Shown: positions 1 to 8,328 of the stretch, in pieces | How positions within the stretch are numbered: position 1 is the first letter of the stretch | Layout of the letters: each line of letters starts with the position of its first letter | Program-made: the position numbers and the translations under genes | The notes under the pieces: model-generated | Databases searched by the model: none | Told to the model about the DNA's origin: nothing | Seen by the model: the letters and a program-made list of their open reading frames with translations, nothing else | Source: a virus | Taxonomy: Duplodnaviria > Heunggongvirae > Uroviricota > Caudoviricetes | DNA: 17,603 bases | Reading direction: 5' to 3' (one strand) | Virus record (IMG/VR): IMGVR_UViG_2534682108_000015 | Coordinates: 1-17,603 of that record

Positions 1-1236
1 ATGGCGCTGTCTGATGCGTGGTTGCGTTCAGTCGTTGGAAAGGAACGTGATAAGGTTTTGGTTAAATCCGATCGTGATGGTCTGTCTGTCAGAGTATCAC
101 CGAAAGGTCGCGTAGTGTTCCAATATCGTTATCAATGGGCAGGGAAAGGTGAGCGCCTTGATATCGGAACTTACCCGGCAACTGGATTAAAAGAGGCCAG
201 AGAAGAAGTTATCCGTCTCCGTGGTGAACTCGAGTCAAACCGCAATCCACGATTAGTCAAGCAGGCTGAAAAACGAAAAGCTACTGAAGCCATGACGGTA
301 GAGTCTGTGATCCGTGCCTGGTATGAAGCATATTGTGTAAAAAATAAAAAAGGTTCTGAACAGATACTCCGCTCGTTTGAGCTGCACCTGTTCTCTAAAA
401 TCGGGAATATCCCTCACGATGCAGCTACATTGCATGATTGGTTAGAAGTCCTGGAGCCTCTTAGCACCAAGACTCCAGCAATAGTAGACCGATTGCTAAT
501 TAACGCAAAGCAGGCTCATGTCTGGGCGTATAAGAGAAAGCTCATTGAAACTCGCCCACTGTCGGATATCACGGGTAAAGATATGGATATCCGTAAAGGT
601 CAGAAAAAACGGTTTCTGACACATGATGAAATTAACATCCTTTATGCTGCGATCGATGGTTCTCGAATGGTTCCTAAATACCGAGCCTTCATTAAACTAT
701 TGCTGCATTTTGGTTGCCGTAGTTCAGAGCTAATTACTGCTAGGGGGGATGATTTTGATTTCATAAATAAGGTATGGACTGTACCACCAGAACGACATAA
801 GACTGGGGACATAACAGGCGAACCGCTAAAGCGGCCCATTATTGAACCGGTTGAAGAGCTTATAAAATACGTTATCTCTATGAACAACGGTTCCGATATG
901 CTTTTTACTAAGGAAGGAAGCAGGGAGCCAGTTGGTCGGACATCATTGCAGTCGCTGCCTTACAATTTAATGCAGTTCGCATGGCGACGTTTGGGGTATC
1001 AATTTCCTCATTGGTCTCTTCATGATTTGAGACGAACAGCACGAACAAACTTTTCTGATCTTACTGCTCCTCATATTGCTGAAATAATGCTTGGTCATAA
1101 ACTGCCAGGTGTATGGCAAGTTTATGATAAGAGCGATTATCTAGAAGAACAGCGTAAAGCTTACTGGGCATGGTGGGAGAGGGTTGAATCGATCGTTACT
1201 TGTACTGACTTAATCTCCAACGGACAGTTTGCGTAG
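1..1236 (+). CDS. int: Tyrosine site-specific integrase, P4-type (N-terminal arm-binding domain plus catalytic domain)
   Basis: 411-aa ORF with an N-terminus typical of P4-family integrases (MALSDAWLRS...). C-terminal catalytic motifs are present: HDLRRTARTNF (His-x-x-Arg) and a downstream Tyr (VYDKSDY). Stop TAG at 1234-1236. Confidence 0.9.
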   Translation: MALSDAWLRSVVGKERDKVLVKSDRDGLSVRVSPKGRVVFQYRYQWAGKGERLDIGTYPATGLKEAREEVIRLRGELESNRNPRLVKQAEKRKATEAMTVESVIRAWYEAYCVKNKKGSEQILRSFELHLFSKIGNIPHDAATLHDWLEVLEPLSTKTPAIVDRLLINAKQAHVWAYKRKLIETRPLSDITGKDMDIRKGQKKRFLTHDEINILYAAIDGSRMVPKYRAFIKLLLHFGCRSSELITARGDDFDFINKVWTVPPERHKTGDITGEPLKRPIIEPVEELIKYVISMNNGSDMLFTKEGSREPVGRTSLQSLPYNLMQFAWRRLGYQFPHWSLHDLRRTARTNFSDLTAPHIAEIMLGHKLPGVWQVYDKSDYLEEQRKAYWAWWERVESIVTCTDLISNGQFA

Positions 1237-1394
1237 CCAGAGCGTAATCATATCTGCCAGTCCGCTGCGGATACCTTGTGTACTGGGTTTTTAGCCAGAC
1301 TACGTTAACCGGTAGCTTCAGTATTTGGGGTGTCGGCAGGAGTTTGATGGTTTATTGGGTTACTGTGGGACTAAGGATGTAGGGATGCCAATCG

Positions 1395-2528
1395 ATGAAT
1401 TATGAAAAATATCATAGCACAAACAGAAGCAAGGGTTTGCGAACCTTCTGCTACTTAATTTATTATGTGCAGGTGATTTTTAATGTGATGAAGTGTTTTA
1501 TGACTCGCGGAAACTTTGATTTTATAAACTCTAACGTGGTTTTCTCAGAAGCCGATAAGTCATTGTGGATTGATCTCATTAACACCGATTGTATTTGGTA
1601 TGATATGATAATTAATCCTCCTGATGATATAAGAACAAATAAGATAATAAAGAACTATCTCAGAATTATGGAAAAATATACGAGGGAAAGCTGTGAAAAG
1701 AGATTTATTTATTTCTTAGGTTCAAGAAAAAAAGTGAGGTTTTCAACCAAGAAACAGCCTAGGTATAACCCATTCACAAAAAATATAGTATTCACTCTGT
1801 TGATTGGCAAAGAAGAGCGAAAGCTTCGGATAAAATATTCCTTTTGCACGTTTACGCAGAATGGGGTAGTGAAGGTAACTCCAAATGTTAGAGTAACTGA
1901 GAAGTTTCTCTACATTGAATATGAAAATGGCAATTTATGTGTGATGTCAGTTCATGATTTCGTAAACGGACATTATATTGATTTAGGAATTCATACAGAA
2001 GTGCATTACGTAGGATATACACGTCATCCGCATCGGCGCCCTGTTGATTTTATTCACCGTGGCTTATCAAAGATGCTGTATAGCGTTTCAAATGACGATA
2101 ATGATTTTTTTGTTTGTTTTAGTATATTTAATCCAAGGATTATATCTCTGAATAATAAATGTAATGTGGTCTTTAATATTTCAAATTCTCTACTGGATGA
2201 AATTGATGTTGATAATGAGGGGAGAATTATTGAAAACTGCTTAATACGTTACTTTGATCCTAAGCTTCAAGATGATGACAAGGAAAGTAAAAGGTCAGAT
2301 TTAAATAAAATGTTTATGGACCTGGTGGAAAATAAAAAAATTAAAAAAATATACGTTAATTTTCAATATGAAAGGAATAATGAGTATTTCTGCTTTTACT
2401 CTAAAGTTGTTCCGCCGAAATTTCATCATTTCTTTGTGTTGGATTTTTCTGATGGCAAGATAAATATTGATAGAGACCAGGATATGATGACTCAGATGGC
2501 ATTGTGCATGGGGTATTATAATTATTAA
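1395..2528 (+). CDS. Hypothetical protein, AT-rich orphan immediately downstream of the integrase (candidate accessory or defence gene). The start is uncertain; in-frame ATGs at 1488 and 1500 are alternatives.
   Basis: Long uninterrupted ORF (377 codons from 1395) that is markedly AT-rich compared with the flanking phage genes, and rich in N/K/I/F/Y. A plausible sigma70 promoter (TTGCGA 1437-1442, TATTAT 1461-1466) and AGGTGA (1471-1476) precede the ATG at 1488. No recognisable domain by inspection. Confidence 0.55.
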   Translation: MNYEKYHSTNRSKGLRTFCYLIYYVQVIFNVMKCFMTRGNFDFINSNVVFSEADKSLWIDLINTDCIWYDMIINPPDDIRTNKIIKNYLRIMEKYTRESCEKRFIYFLGSRKKVRFSTKKQPRYNPFTKNIVFTLLIGKEERKLRIKYSFCTFTQNGVVKVTPNVRVTEKFLYIEYENGNLCVMSVHDFVNGHYIDLGIHTEVHYVGYTRHPHRRPVDFIHRGLSKMLYSVSNDDNDFFVCFSIFNPRIISLNNKCNVVFNISNSLLDEIDVDNEGRIIENCLIRYFDPKLQDDDKESKRSDLNKMFMDLVENKKIKKIYVNFQYERNNEYFCFYSKVVPPKFHHFFVLDFSDGKINIDRDQDMMTQMALCMGYYNY

Positions 2529-2737
2529 TATTTCGCCTGATGCCAACTCAAAATCTTTTTTGTCGCATCCATTGTGGATTAATATTCAGAGGTAAGGGGT
2601 ATCTGCGGAATTTATATTTTGCAGGATGAGTATACAATACATGATATAACATCTGTTTTTGGCACAGAGCATATAGTCAGATTATGTTTAGTTCTGTGCC
2701 ATAGATGGATATTATCTCACCTCTTGGCTAACTCTCA

Positions 2738-2932
2738 TTACTCAATAACTCCAGTAAATCTGTATATTTTGCGTGATGCCCATTTATTTGGGCAGGATTT
2801 AATATCAGGATCTGGAAAATCTGGCCTGTATTTCTGGCCTGTCCTCCTGTTTACGCTGTTCCAGCGAAGCACCGTCGATATTGAAACGCCACAGAATTCG
2901 GCGACTTGTTTTGTTGTCATTAAGTTGCTCAT
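2738..2932 (-). CDS. AlpA-family HTH DNA-binding protein, excisionase-like (putative Xis)
   Basis: 64-aa ORF with the HTH segment TTKQVAEFCGVSISTVLRW followed by an FPDP...KW-type wing. Strong SD (GGAGG) 8-9 nt upstream of the ATG at 2930-2932. Preferred over the overlapping plus-strand ORF 2619-2984. Confidence 0.5.
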   Translation of the reverse strand: MSNLMTTKQVAEFCGVSISTVLRWNSVNRRTGQKYRPDFPDPDIKSCPNKWASRKIYRFTGVIE

Positions 2933-2966
2933 TGCTACCCCTCCAGCGGTTGTTCAGTTGAAAGAC

Positions 2967-3503
2967 TCATGCGCATGTGCGTAACTCCGATAACTCGTTA
3001 AAGCGTTCCATAAACATCCCGTAGGCATGGCCTGGCGACAGTGGAATAACTTTGAACATCTCTGTGGCAGAGATGCCTTCCAGTACTGGCCAGAAAGAGC
3101 CATCATCAAGCCCGAGATCGCGGCGTTCGGTTGCCAGCATGATGAGATCGGCATATTTCACGGGTGTACTCATAACCGGGGGTAACCCGTATTTCTCACG
3201 GATTACGGCGTCTATTTTTTCTTCCATCCGTTTATAGTCAGGAAGAAGGCGTTTCAGTGGTGCGGGAATGTCCTGGCAATACGCTTCTGTTGCATCATGC
3301 ATTAACGCTTCAAAAGCAAATTCCTGCGGCACCAGCTGGCTGCAAAGCACCGCATGCTGGGCGACACTGTAGAAGTGTGAAAGATGTCCTGCAAAGCGAC
3401 AGATATTTGAAAGGGAAACCGCGATATCGTTAATCACGATGTCGTCTTTATTTATCTTGTCATAATAAAAATGCTTCCCGGAAAAAGTTTTAATAAATGA
3501 CAT
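2967..3503 (-). CDS. yfdR: HD-domain phosphohydrolase (5'-deoxynucleotidase-like), YfdR-like, 178 aa
   Basis: HD-domain signature (H...H...LMHDATEAY...D). The internal ATG at 3501-3503 has a GGAG SD 7 nt upstream and gives 178 aa; the ORF-track 199-aa version lacks an RBS. Symbol assigned from the 120/274/178-aa size and order match to the CPS-53 yfdP-yfdQ-yfdR block as recalled, not from an alignment. Confidence 0.65.
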   Translation of the reverse strand: MSFIKTFSGKHFYYDKINKDDIVINDIAVSLSNICRFAGHLSHFYSVAQHAVLCSQLVPQEFAFEALMHDATEAYCQDIPAPLKRLLPDYKRMEEKIDAVIREKYGLPPVMSTPVKYADLIMLATERRDLGLDDGSFWPVLEGISATEMFKVIPLSPGHAYGMFMERFNELSELRTCA

Positions 3504-3631
3504 TTCGTTCTCCACTTTATATGCGCTGCACCGCGCTGAATTCGGGTAAAAGTAAGCCCTCACCATCCGGCGATTATTGAGTTAATTACGTTTCCATAAA
3601 TGCCCCCGCAGGGGCATTTGCAGTAATGAAA

Positions 3632-4456
3632 TCAGGCGGTGAAAGTACCAATAAAGGTTTCTACTTTGCTGTCTTTGAATTTCTCAACAAGCAGATCACG
3701 AAATTCGTTAGCCATTTCCTCCTGCACTGCTTCCAGCTGAATAATGCGCAGAACCAGTACAGGACGATCGCCAGTGATAATGCTGAGGCGTAATTTAAAC
3801 GGACGTTCTTTCAGGCCTTCAAACGGAACGCATTTAAATTCAAATGCCACTGGCATAATGTCTTTGGTTTTCGCTTCGACAGACTCCATCAGGGAGCGTT
3901 TGCCGCTGAAGTCATTGTCTTCAAAATCAGCGGTCTGGTTTGCTTCAATCGTGATTTTACGGACTGCCGCAGCTGCTTTTGTTGCCTGAATAGCGTCACC
4001 ATTAGCATCAAAGCCCACAAGGTAGTCGGCCCAGTCTTCAATCCATTCTGCCAGTGACTTCTGGGAGTTACGCTCGCCATTAACAGACAACAGAGCAGAG
4101 AACGGTGCTGTCTTTTTCAGTTTGAGAGTGGCGGTGTTATCTGCGTGACCTGGTTCATCAATAGTACCCAGATTAAGCACACTGACGGCACGCATATTAT
4201 CAGCATCGATAAAGCAGCGGGTGCCCTCATCTGCAAGATCTTTAGAATAACGGGTAAAGTCATCGATGCTGGTAGTGGAAAGCGCACCACGGAAACGGAA
4301 GCGATTTAAATTAAATTTTTCCAGATCATGAATGCGGAAGTTCTCAGGCAATGCCACAGCATCGGCACCAATCTTACTGATAATTTCATTAACACTCTGA
4401 GCAGAAATAAGGGCATGGATTTGATTAATTGCGGTTGCGTCTAAGTTCTGAGACAT
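3632..4456 (-). CDS. yfdQ: YfdQ-like phage early protein (DUF2303-type), 274 aa
   Basis: 274-aa ORF with a GAGGA SD 8 nt upstream of the ATG at 4454-4456. Length and position between the YfdP-like and YfdR-like genes match the CPS-53 early block as recalled; not verified by alignment. Confidence 0.6.
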   Translation of the reverse strand: MSQNLDATAINQIHALISAQSVNEIISKIGADAVALPENFRIHDLEKFNLNRFRFRGALSTTSIDDFTRYSKDLADEGTRCFIDADNMRAVSVLNLGTIDEPGHADNTATLKLKKTAPFSALLSVNGERNSQKSLAEWIEDWADYLVGFDANGDAIQATKAAAAVRKITIEANQTADFEDNDFSGKRSLMESVEAKTKDIMPVAFEFKCVPFEGLKERPFKLRLSIITGDRPVLVLRIIQLEAVQEEMANEFRDLLVEKFKDSKVETFIGTFTA

Positions 4457-4521
4457 AATAAGTCCTCACTATATAAAGATATTCAGTGATGAGATAAATA
4501 ATCAGTTTATTAAAAACGATA

Positions 4522-4884
4522 TTAACGACCAGCTGCGCGGAGTTTTCCGTCAGGTTCACCGGCAAGAGTCAGTAATTGTCCCTGGTCTTCCTGCAGAATA
4601 GTCAGGCGACCACCGCGATTGACATACATCGGCGTTTCGGTGGTGTCTTCTTCGGAAATTTTCCCGCGGTTAGTTGGGCGAACATATGAGAGTTTGTGTT
4701 TGATTTTCACACGGTTCTCATCAAACGGTTCGATTTCCAGATTGAGTGAGACCTTCCCTTTGGTTTTCGTGTTCATCACACCGGAAGCGACTTCACTTAG
4801 AACTGCGCCGATTTTGGTTTCAAATACGCCGCCGTCCAGCTCCCCGATAAATGCCTGCACATCAGTACTGCGGTCACTAGCCAT
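4522..4884 (-). CDS. yfdP: YfdP-like small phage early protein, 120 aa
   Basis: The internal ATG at 4882-4884 is preceded by GAGGAG 7 nt upstream and gives 120 aa. The upstream 77 codons of the ORF-track version (to 5115) are R/C/T/P-rich, overlap a large inverted repeat, and look non-coding. Confidence 0.55.
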   Translation of the reverse strand: MASDRSTDVQAFIGELDGGVFETKIGAVLSEVASGVMNTKTKGKVSLNLEIEPFDENRVKIKHKLSYVRPTNRGKISEEDTTETPMYVNRGGRLTILQEDQGQLLTLAGEPDGKLRAAGR

Positions 4885-4932
4885 TTTGCTGCTCCTCATC
4901 ATATCGACCCTGCAAGGTCGGTTAGTTTCTCC

Positions 4933-5021
4933 ACAAAACAGAGAAGAACACCTGCGGTGGCAGCCGCCCGGATGGATTGGGTTATGAGCCCGTCGTCCGG
5001 TGATGCTCTTCTCTGTTTTGT
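4933..5021. repeat. Perfect 15-bp inverted repeat (ACAAAACAGAGAAGA, 4933-4947, and its reverse complement TCTTCTCTGTTTTGT, 5007-5021) enclosing a 59-nt GC-rich loop; candidate RNA stem-loop in the leader of the leftward early operon
   Basis: Verified base by base. A boxA-like CGCTCTTTTTA lies immediately 5' on the minus strand (complement of 5021-5031). Confidence 0.5.
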
Positions 5022-5534
5022 AAAAAGAGCGGTACCAGCCGGAAGCAAGTGTACAAACTGGTACCTCCAAAGCAGTGGCTGTTGTGGTGGGGTTGTCACT
5101 CAGGCGTATGGTCAACCTGACAATCCGGTGTCCTCAACGGGGAAAGAGTAACCCCGCCATACTTACCGCCGCGCCATTTCGCGGATTACCACAACGCTGA
5201 GAGCACTTAGCCAGTTACGGCACCACACTTTGTCGCGGCTCCATAAATGCCCTCATCGTTGCACCCTGGTCTCTTCCCAGGCGTCAAACCGAATCGCCAC
5301 GCTGGTTAGGCGTCTTATCAGCATCATCATTGACTTGCACATTCCGGCTACCTGGTTTGTTTGCCCGAGCAAGGAGTGGATTGTCCCCTTTAACGTCCCC
5401 AGACCGCTAACGACGCATGTGCCATACGCCGTGTTACAACCAAATTTTGTTAGTACCTTGTTTGTTGGTCTGGAAAGAAAGATAAAATGAAGTTGCGCAT
5501 TATGCAAGTGTTTTATTGCGAGATGTGCAATTTA

Positions 5535-5555
5535 ATAGGTAATGAAAAGCCACCT
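5535..5555 (-). terminator. Intrinsic terminator downstream of the cI-like gene
   Basis: On the minus strand, GCCACC-CGAA-GGTGGC (6-bp GC stem, tetraloop) followed by TTTTC, about 30 nt after the cI stop. Confidence 0.55.
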
Positions 5556-5585
5556 TCGGGTGGCTAATTGATGAGGAGGTAAGGG

Positions 5586-6278
5586 TTAATTGTGTCGCTT
5601 AAGGGTTTGTGACTGGCTGATTAAGACCTTTCCAAAGACCATAAACCGGTGTTCATTTTCGCTGGTAATTCCCCATTCACGGTAAATCTGGTTATCAGAA
5701 ATCACCAGTAGTTTGTCAGGTATCATTTGCAGTCGTTTGACATAAATTTTATCATCAAAACCAAATACATAGATACCATCTCCATCAAACTGATTGATAC
5801 TGACATCAACGAAGATGAGATCTCCTGGCTCAATGGTTGGACACATACTGTCCCCACGAACGTTGATAACTTTAATGTGATTGGCTGGTCGTCCGCCAAA
5901 CATCGATACAGCATTATCAGTTCTGTATTCAATGGCATGAATCACATCAATGACATCACCGCCCTGGATAAGGCCATTTCCCGCACTGGCACTGACATCC
6001 AGCATTTCAATACGGAATACATCCTTCACCTGCGCAACATCCTCACTAATACTGTTTTTACATACAGTATTACTTTTGACGTCTGAGGTAAAGAGATCAG
6101 CAATATCAACACCTAAGCTCCTGGCAATATTACTCAGGGCTTGTTCAGTGAATTGTTTCTGCTTACCTGTTTCCAGGCGCGAGATATTCGCCGCATCCAC
6201 TCCTATTGCTTCAGCTAGATCGGCGATTTTCATGTTCTTCGCCTGGCGAAGTTGTCTGACTCGATTTCCTATGTTCAT
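5586..6278 (-). CDS. cI: CI-type prophage repressor (N-terminal XRE HTH plus C-terminal S24 LexA-like autopeptidase domain)
   Basis: 230 aa. HTH: MKIADLAEAIGVDAANISRLETGKQ. Peptidase motifs GDSM (Ser) and KR (Lys) are in the C-terminal half. Divergent from the cro-like gene. Confidence 0.9.
   Translation of the reverse strand: MNIGNRVRQLRQAKNMKIADLAEAIGVDAANISRLETGKQKQFTEQALSNIARSLGVDIADLFTSDVKSNTVCKNSISEDVAQVKDVFRIEMLDVSASAGNGLIQGGDVIDVIHAIEYRTDNAVSMFGGRPANHIKVINVRGDSMCPTIEPGDLIFVDVSINQFDGDGIYVFGFDDKIYVKRLQMIPDKLLVISDNQIYREWGITSENEHRFMVFGKVLISQSQTLKRHN
6050..6069. promoter_or_regulatory. Consensus-grade LexA (SOS) box TACTGT-N8-ACAGTA inside the cI coding sequence
   Basis: Plus strand TACTGTTTTTACATACAGTA; all 12 outer positions match the E. 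coli SOS-box consensus. It lies in the linker-coding region (codons about 70-76) of the repressor gene. Confidence 0.5.
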
Positions 6279-6375
6279 GCGTTTATTACATTTCTTTATT
6301 GCGCGTTAATCAAATCAACTTGCGCAAAATATTTGCGTGAAATAATATGATCATCACGCAATATGTGGAGGTTAT
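6279..6375. promoter_or_regulatory. cI-cro intergenic control region: divergent PRM/PR-like promoters with repeated TTGCGC-type operator half-sites
   Basis: TTGCGCG (6299), the palindrome TTGCGCAA (6320-6327) and the inverted pair TTGCGTGA (6334-6341) / TCACGCAA (6353-6360). Candidate PR: -35 TTGCGC (6320-6325), 17-nt spacer, -10 TAATAT (6343-6348). cro SD GTGGAGG at 6365-6371. Confidence 0.6.
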
Positions 6376-6636
6376 ATGCAATCACCATTACGGAATGTGC
6401 GTAAGGCGCACGGATTTACTTTGCAGCATGTTGCTGCTGGCGTTCAGGTCAATCCAGCGACGCTGAGTCGTATTGAAAGACTGGAACAAATTCCATCTAT
6501 CGATCTTGCAGAACGTCTGGCCAATTTTTTTAAGGGTGAAATCAGCGAAATGCAGATTCTTTATCCGGCACGTTTTCAATCTAGCCAAAACCAGAATGGG
6601 TTTAAACCACAGGAACAGGAGGTAAGCCGTGGGTAA
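6376..6636 (+). CDS. cro: Cro-like HTH regulator
   Basis: 86 aa with an XRE-type HTH (FTLQHVAAGVQVNPATLSRIER), divergent from cI, good SD. Its stop overlaps the next gene. Confidence 0.75.
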   Translation: MQSPLRNVRKAHGFTLQHVAAGVQVNPATLSRIERLEQIPSIDLAERLANFFKGEISEMQILYPARFQSSQNQNGFKPQEQEVSRG

Positions 6637-7180
6637 TCATCACTGGAAAGTGGAAAAACAGCCTGAGTGGTACGTGAAAGCTGTCAGAAAAACCATCGCG
6701 GCGTTGCCAGGGGGTTACGCTGAAGCTGCTGAGTGGCTGGATGTTACAGAGAACGCTTTATTCAACCGCCTTCGTGCAGATGGCGATCAGATTTTCCCGC
6801 TGGGATGGGCAATGATTTTACAGCGTGCTGCTGGCACTCACTACATTGCGGATGCTGTCGCACAGTCTGCTGGTGGGGTGTTTGTATCGCTTCCTGAAAT
6901 TGAGGAAGTAGAGAACGCAGATATAAACCAGCGCCTGCTGGAAGTCATCGAACAGATCGGGAGTTACTCAAAGCAGATTCGTTCGGCAATCGAAGATGGG
7001 GTAGTGGAGCCACACGAGCAGACAGCAATTAATGATGAATTGTATCTGTCAATTTCGAAGCTCCAGGAGCATGCGGCACTGGTCTACAAAATTTTCTGCG
7101 CTCCAGAAAAGAGTGACGCCCGCGAGTGTGCAGCTCCGGGCGTCGTGGCGTTTTGTGTCTGTGGAGAAACTAACGCATGA
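6629..7180 (+). CDS. CII-like phage regulatory protein (CP76-type)
   Basis: 183 aa, GTG start at 6629 preceded by AGGAGG (about 6616-6621). Positioned immediately after cro. Family assignment by resemblance to phage CII/CP76-type regulators; not verified. Confidence 0.65.
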   Translation: MGNHHWKVEKQPEWYVKAVRKTIAALPGGYAEAAEWLDVTENALFNRLRADGDQIFPLGWAMILQRAAGTHYIADAVAQSAGGVFVSLPEIEEVENADINQRLLEVIEQIGSYSKQIRSAIEDGVVEPHEQTAINDELYLSISKLQEHAALVYKIFCAPEKSDARECAAPGVVAFCVCGETNA

Positions 7181-7505
7181 ACAGTTTAACGGCAAATAAC
7201 CGTTTGTCGCAACAGCTGGTGGTCAGTGTCGCTGCACACCTGTTGTTACGGCATGAATGCAGATTACCAAATCACCTGGCTGTAAGTAACCACAGAGAAC
7301 TTTACCTGACTGTGGGGGGCGAGTTGTGCAGGAACTTAACCGCTGGTTTCGTGACGGAAGAGGACTTTATGTTCATGTTATTCGTTGGGAGCCAGAAACA
7401 CAGCGCGTTATCTATCTTCGCAAAGACTACCCGCATGAGTGCTTTAGTCCTTTATGGAAATTCAGGCGTGATTTTGTTGAGTGTGAAGGACCACCAGCAC
7501 ATTGA
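7177..7505 (+). CDS. Possible small gene of about 108 aa, readable only if a frameshift occurs at a G6 tract (7314-7319); as sequenced, the frame beginning at ATG 7177 instead runs on to 8328
   Basis: ATG 7177 overlaps the CII-like stop (ATGA). After the G6 run, a different frame encodes a protein-like 59-aa segment (VQELNRWFRDGRGLYVHVIRWEPETQRVIYLRKDYPHECFSPLWKFRRDFVECEGPPAH) ending at TGA 7503-7505. The interval is not a multiple of 3 as sequenced. Confidence 0.3.
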
Positions 7506-7590
7506 TTCTGCCATTCCGGGACGTTACACTGTTCAGGCACCTTATAAAGCGGGTGCCGGGCGTGGAAACCCGGAATTCACCAAAGCGCAC

Positions 7591-7613
7591 AACCGCGCTC
7601 TTGCGGTTTTTTT
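7591..7613 (+). terminator. Intrinsic terminator-like hairpin with T-tract (tR-like) between the small ORF and rha
   Basis: AACCGC-GCTCTT-GCGGTT stem-loop followed by TTTTT (7609-7613). The loop contains the boxA-like CGCTCTT. Confidence 0.4.
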
Positions 7614-7782
7614 GTGTCATGAGCAGCATTACGCCCAAATTATGGTGGGGCGTGCAGGGCCAACTTCGGTTGGGCCGGGTTCTTTGGTGACCGGTATTTC
7701 CACCCCTGTACGTCTCACCACCAATAAGGTCGTGGAAAGCCTTGGTGGTGAGTTATTAAAAATCACCAAAGAGGCTGCCATC

Positions 7783-8328
7783 ATGGCTACGATCCCAACC
7801 CTCACTCAACCTGAAATTGCCATCGTTGATGGTCAGGCTGTTACTTCATCCCTGGCTGTTGCCAACTTCTTCTCCAAACGTCATGACGATGTACTGAAAA
7901 AGATCCGCACGCTTGAATGTTCCGCATCATTCACTGCCCGCAATTTTTCGGTGAGTGATTACACCGATTGCACAGGCCGCAAACTACCTTGCTATCAAAT
8001 AACCCGCGACGGCTTTGCGTTTCTTGCTATGGGTTTCACGGGTAAACGTGCTGCCCAGTTCAAAGAGGCATACATCAATGCCTTTAACCAGATGGAGAAA
8101 CAGCTTTCAAAGCCCGCTGTACCGAGCGACGTTGCACATAATGCCAGCGTTCTCTGTTCCTACATTTCATCAATTCATCAGGTCTGGCTGCAGCAGCTTT
8201 ATCCTATGTTGGCAAAAGCCGAATCTCCGCTGGCTGTTAGCTTATATGACTATATTAATGATGCTTCGGCGCTGGCCTGCCTCATAAATTTGTCGCTGAA
8301 CCCTTCAGAGGTAAGGGGGCGCAAATGA
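7783..8328 (+). CDS. Rha-family phage regulatory protein
   Basis: 181 aa from ATG 7783 with SD AAAGAGG 8 nt upstream. N-terminal Rha-type motif (SLAVANFFSKRHDDVLKKIR). The 383-aa ORF-track version is treated as an artefactual N-terminal extension. Confidence 0.8.
   Translation: MATIPTLTQPEIAIVDGQAVTSSLAVANFFSKRHDDVLKKIRTLECSASFTARNFSVSDYTDCTGRKLPCYQITRDGFAFLAMGFTGKRAAQFKEAYINAFNQMEKQLSKPAVPSDVAHNASVLCSYISSIHQVWLQQLYPMLAKAESPLAVSLYDYINDASALACLINLSLNPSEVRGRK

Noticed and set aside
2619-2984. Plus-strand 121-aa ORF
   Set aside because: No RBS and a low-complexity, hydrophobic, non-protein-like translation. The opposite strand encodes a well-formed AlpA-like HTH protein with a strong SD.
4885-5115. 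N-terminal 77 codons of the 197-aa ORF-track version of the YfdP-like gene
   Set aside because: R/C/T/P-rich translation, no RBS, and it overlaps the 15-bp inverted repeat. The internal ATG at 4884 has a strong SD and yields 120 aa.
5230-5507. Overlapping 86-aa (plus) and 84-aa (minus, TTG start) ORFs in the cI-PL interval
   Set aside because: No RBS and no recognisable motifs; the region is better explained as promoter/operator and leader sequence. A small N-like gene cannot be excluded, but none is supportable.
5723-6309. ORFs 5723-5938 (minus), 5727-6086 (plus) and 5950-6309 (plus) overlapping cI
   Set aside because: Shadow ORFs in alternative frames or the antisense strand of a confidently identified repressor gene.
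7280-7295. Third CTGT-N8-ACAG match (GCTGTAAGTAACCACAGAG)
   Set aside because: GC-rich spacer and non-consensus flanks. About 0.3 such minimal matches are expected by chance in this window, so not called as an SOS box.
7177-8328. 383-aa ORF-track protein spanning from the CII-like stop into Rha
   Set aside because: The Rha domain has its own ATG (7783) with a good SD. The upstream stretch contains a terminator-like hairpin with T-tract and other stem-loops, and a second protein-like frame ends at 7505. Treated as an N-terminal over-extension; the small residual chance that it is real is noted in the findings.
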